A stretch of DNA of 49,621 bases, the filler included, from Sphacelaria rigidula (lineage: Eukaryota): NCBI GenBank assembly GCA_964200075.2. It is 3 parts of 3 records of this genome, joined end to end, with 100 filler letters (N's around TTAATTAATTAA, not from the genome) between each part and the next. Parts side by side here need not be neighbours in the genome. Positions count along the whole stretch, not along the records: positions 33,150 to 49,621 come from CAXNAA020001347.1; 2 more parts are not named here. One strand, written 5' to 3'. Position numbers and translations under genes: made by a program. Of this stretch, positions 47,501-49,621 are shown in pieces. Within the stretch, counting starts at the first letter, position 1. Every line of letters starts with the position of its first letter. A model generated the notes under the pieces. It was not told the origin of the DNA and searched no databases. It worked only from the letters and a program-made list of their open reading frames with translations.

Positions 47501-49155
47501 GTTGATCAAAAACAACATTCACCCCACCACGGTCATGGCCGGTTTCCGGGTAGCCCTGAAGGAGGCCGTCAAGTACATCAAAGCCAACCTTTGCGTCCCG
47601 GTGGATAAGCTCGGCAGGTATGCTTGGTTTGTACTCTTGGATGGATAATGTGTTGCTTTTGGATCTGATATTAGGTGGGAGATGGAAAGTGTTATGGTGT
47701 GTTCTCTTGCTTGTTTCCTTGTGATTTTGGGGCTCATTTAAGGCACGACATGGCCTGTGACTACGGAAGGTGTCTGCATCAGATACCCATTGCGGAGTAC
47801 TGCGCAGATATCGGAACGATTTTGAATGAAGACAACAACAATAGCTCCGATTCGCCATCCCAAAAACAACAATAGCCCCGGTTCGCCATCCCAAGAGTCA
47901 GTGCGGGAGAGATGGTGCCGATCACACTTGGCAGCGTTTTTGTTTTAGCCGGCATTATTTTGCGAGGATACCCACACCAACTTGACGCTTTCGTATTGTC
48001 ACCTTGACAACATGATTCCTATGTTTTAACATGATTCTTGCGTATTTCGCCGTGTCCGAACACAAGGCCGAACCTGGTAAACGCGGCCAAGACGTCCATG
48101 AGCTCCAAGATACTAGGGCCTGAGAGCTCGTTTTTTGCGGAGATGGCAGTGGACGCGGTCACCGCCGTTAGAACGGAATCCGGGGGTGACTCAGGAAAGA
48201 AGGTGAGGGTGTTCCGCTTTAGTTTCAATCGTTTCCACATATTCGTTACAGGAGCAGGGTCCTGGTTTGGGGAATAAGATATCACGAAAGGCGAGATCAC
48301 GTGCATCCAAGCCGTTGTGTTTGCAAGCTTTTCTCTACAATCACGTGCAATCGTGGCAGGAGTTGCTGCACGAGAGGCAGAGGGGTCCCGTATCCTGCGC
48401 TTATCTTTGGCCTGTTCGTAGACTTTTGATACCGTGGTTTCCTTTTTCGGAACAAGCTCCGACACTTTCTACGATAGCCCCCCCGGAAAACCGGCTAAAA
48501 GTGTCACGAAAACAAATGGCCGTACAGCGCCTGATGTTCGGGTTCGNNNNNNNNNTAGAACGAACCCAAGCGCGGGAATTCCCAGCTTCTCGTTGTGCTC
48601 GGTTTTTCCCATTTCAATTTACGTAAAGATTTTGCCTCCCCAAACCGTGCAATTTTTGGAGGGGGGCTATCGTCGAAAGTGTCCTCCGTGAGGTACTTGA
48701 AGCGGGGGCTGTAGGTTCATGCGTCACGTGCCAGTAGTGACCCCTCAAACACATGTATTTGCCCTGGACGTACTGTAGCACGCAAAACGAGGGTGTAAAC
48801 AAAATCAACCATACGCAAGAGAACACTGAGCGATTGCGCTATTCAGCAGTCTTGGTCAGTATCCGAGGATCGATTGTACGTGTTACCCTGTCTCACGGCT
48901 TGCCCGCTCCGTTTTTCATGTCATGCTGTCGCACGCGCATCCGACTGCGGGTACCATCAGGTGGTCAAGTACCCAGTATCGGCGGTGCACATCCTCAAGT
49001 GCCACGGACTCAGTCTCTTGGATTCGGTGGTAGAACCGGGATACGCGCTCAACTGTGTGCGAGCATCGCAGGGCATGCCCACCTCTGTCAAGAACGCTAA
49101 GGTCGCTTGCCTTGACATTAACTTGCAGCGATACAAGATGCAGATGGGTGTGCAG
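44555..49155 (+). CDS. CCT1: T-complex protein 1 subunit alpha (CCT-alpha), first six exons; gene continues beyond the window
   Basis: Exons 44555-44602, 45513-45611, 46056-46166, 47439-47617, 48067-48202, 48961-49155 splice in frame. They give [117 protein letters not shown]...AAKTSMSSK...[14 protein letters not shown]...KMQMGVQ, with alpha-subunit-specific motifs. Confidence 0.96.
48461..48683. mobile_element. MITE in CCT1 intron 5, 4-bp TSD CTCC (contains a short N gap)
   Basis: gacactttctacgatagcccccc ... ggggggctatcgtcgaaagtgtc, with CTCC on both flanks. Confidence 0.75.
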
Positions 49156-49557
49156 GTAGGGTTAAATCTCATGTGCCGAGTCAAGATTTGTTTTTCGGAT
49201 GTGCGTCCTCTTCACGATGTAATATGTTGGTTATGTGACGACAGACGGAAACCAGGCACGTTGTTCACGGATACACGTCGAAGTGCATCACGTCTCTGCG
49301 GCATGGTACCGGCGTTGCCATGCTGAAAGCGTTACTCAACTCCTAGACCGCGAGGGTAGGTCACCTGCTGAATCGGCATCAATATTCACTTGAAAAAAGT
49401 ATGCGTGATCCAGACGGACTACCAGCATCGCGGTCTAAGGGTTAAGCGAATGTAAACAGGCGATCGATTATAAACATGTTGGTGTCTACCATCAACAAAA
49501 GAGCGATCCTAACAGCAGTTTGTGAAAACGGAAGTCTCGACGTTTACGATAGCCCAT

Positions 49558-49621
49558 GAGTCATCCTACGATAGCGGGGGGGGTATTTTGGGCCATTTGT
49601 TGCTCGAGATTTCGAGTCAGA
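49558..49621 (+). mobile_element. Left end of another GAG-terminal MITE (truncated by window end)
   Basis: gagtcatcctacgatagcgggggg is nearly identical to the TIR at 24368. Confidence 0.5.

Overview
Eukaryotic, intron-rich genomic DNA, most consistent with a brown alga (Phaeophyceae). This is inferred from the short exons and ~0.3-2.4 kb introns, interstitial TTAGGG repeats and a brown-algal-type F5/8C domain. The window is three pieces joined by artificial 100-nt N/TTAATTAATTAA linkers (16476-16575, 33050-33149), so adjacency across those points is unproven. I assembled four spliced genes by hand. (1) A 10-exon TM + coiled-coil + atypical protein kinase (+, 5693-16075). (2) A partial F5/8 type C (discoidin/CBM32-like) domain gene (-, ~21400-26381). 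(3) An 11-exon START-domain protein with a mitochondrial-type N-terminus and one GC-AG intron (-, 34301-44215). (4) CCT1/TCP-1 alpha (+, 44555 to beyond the window end), head-to-head with gene 3. The most unusual signal is a loop-less ~670-bp palindrome in kinase intron 3. It is built from a paralogous copy of the gene's own exon 3/intron 3 junction and carries a perfect 30-nt antisense match to exon 3, making it a candidate self-targeting hairpin-RNA locus. There are also several foldback elements and a family of GAG-terminal MITEs with 4-bp target-site duplications. No prokaryotic system, CRISPR array, rRNA or tRNA was recognised.
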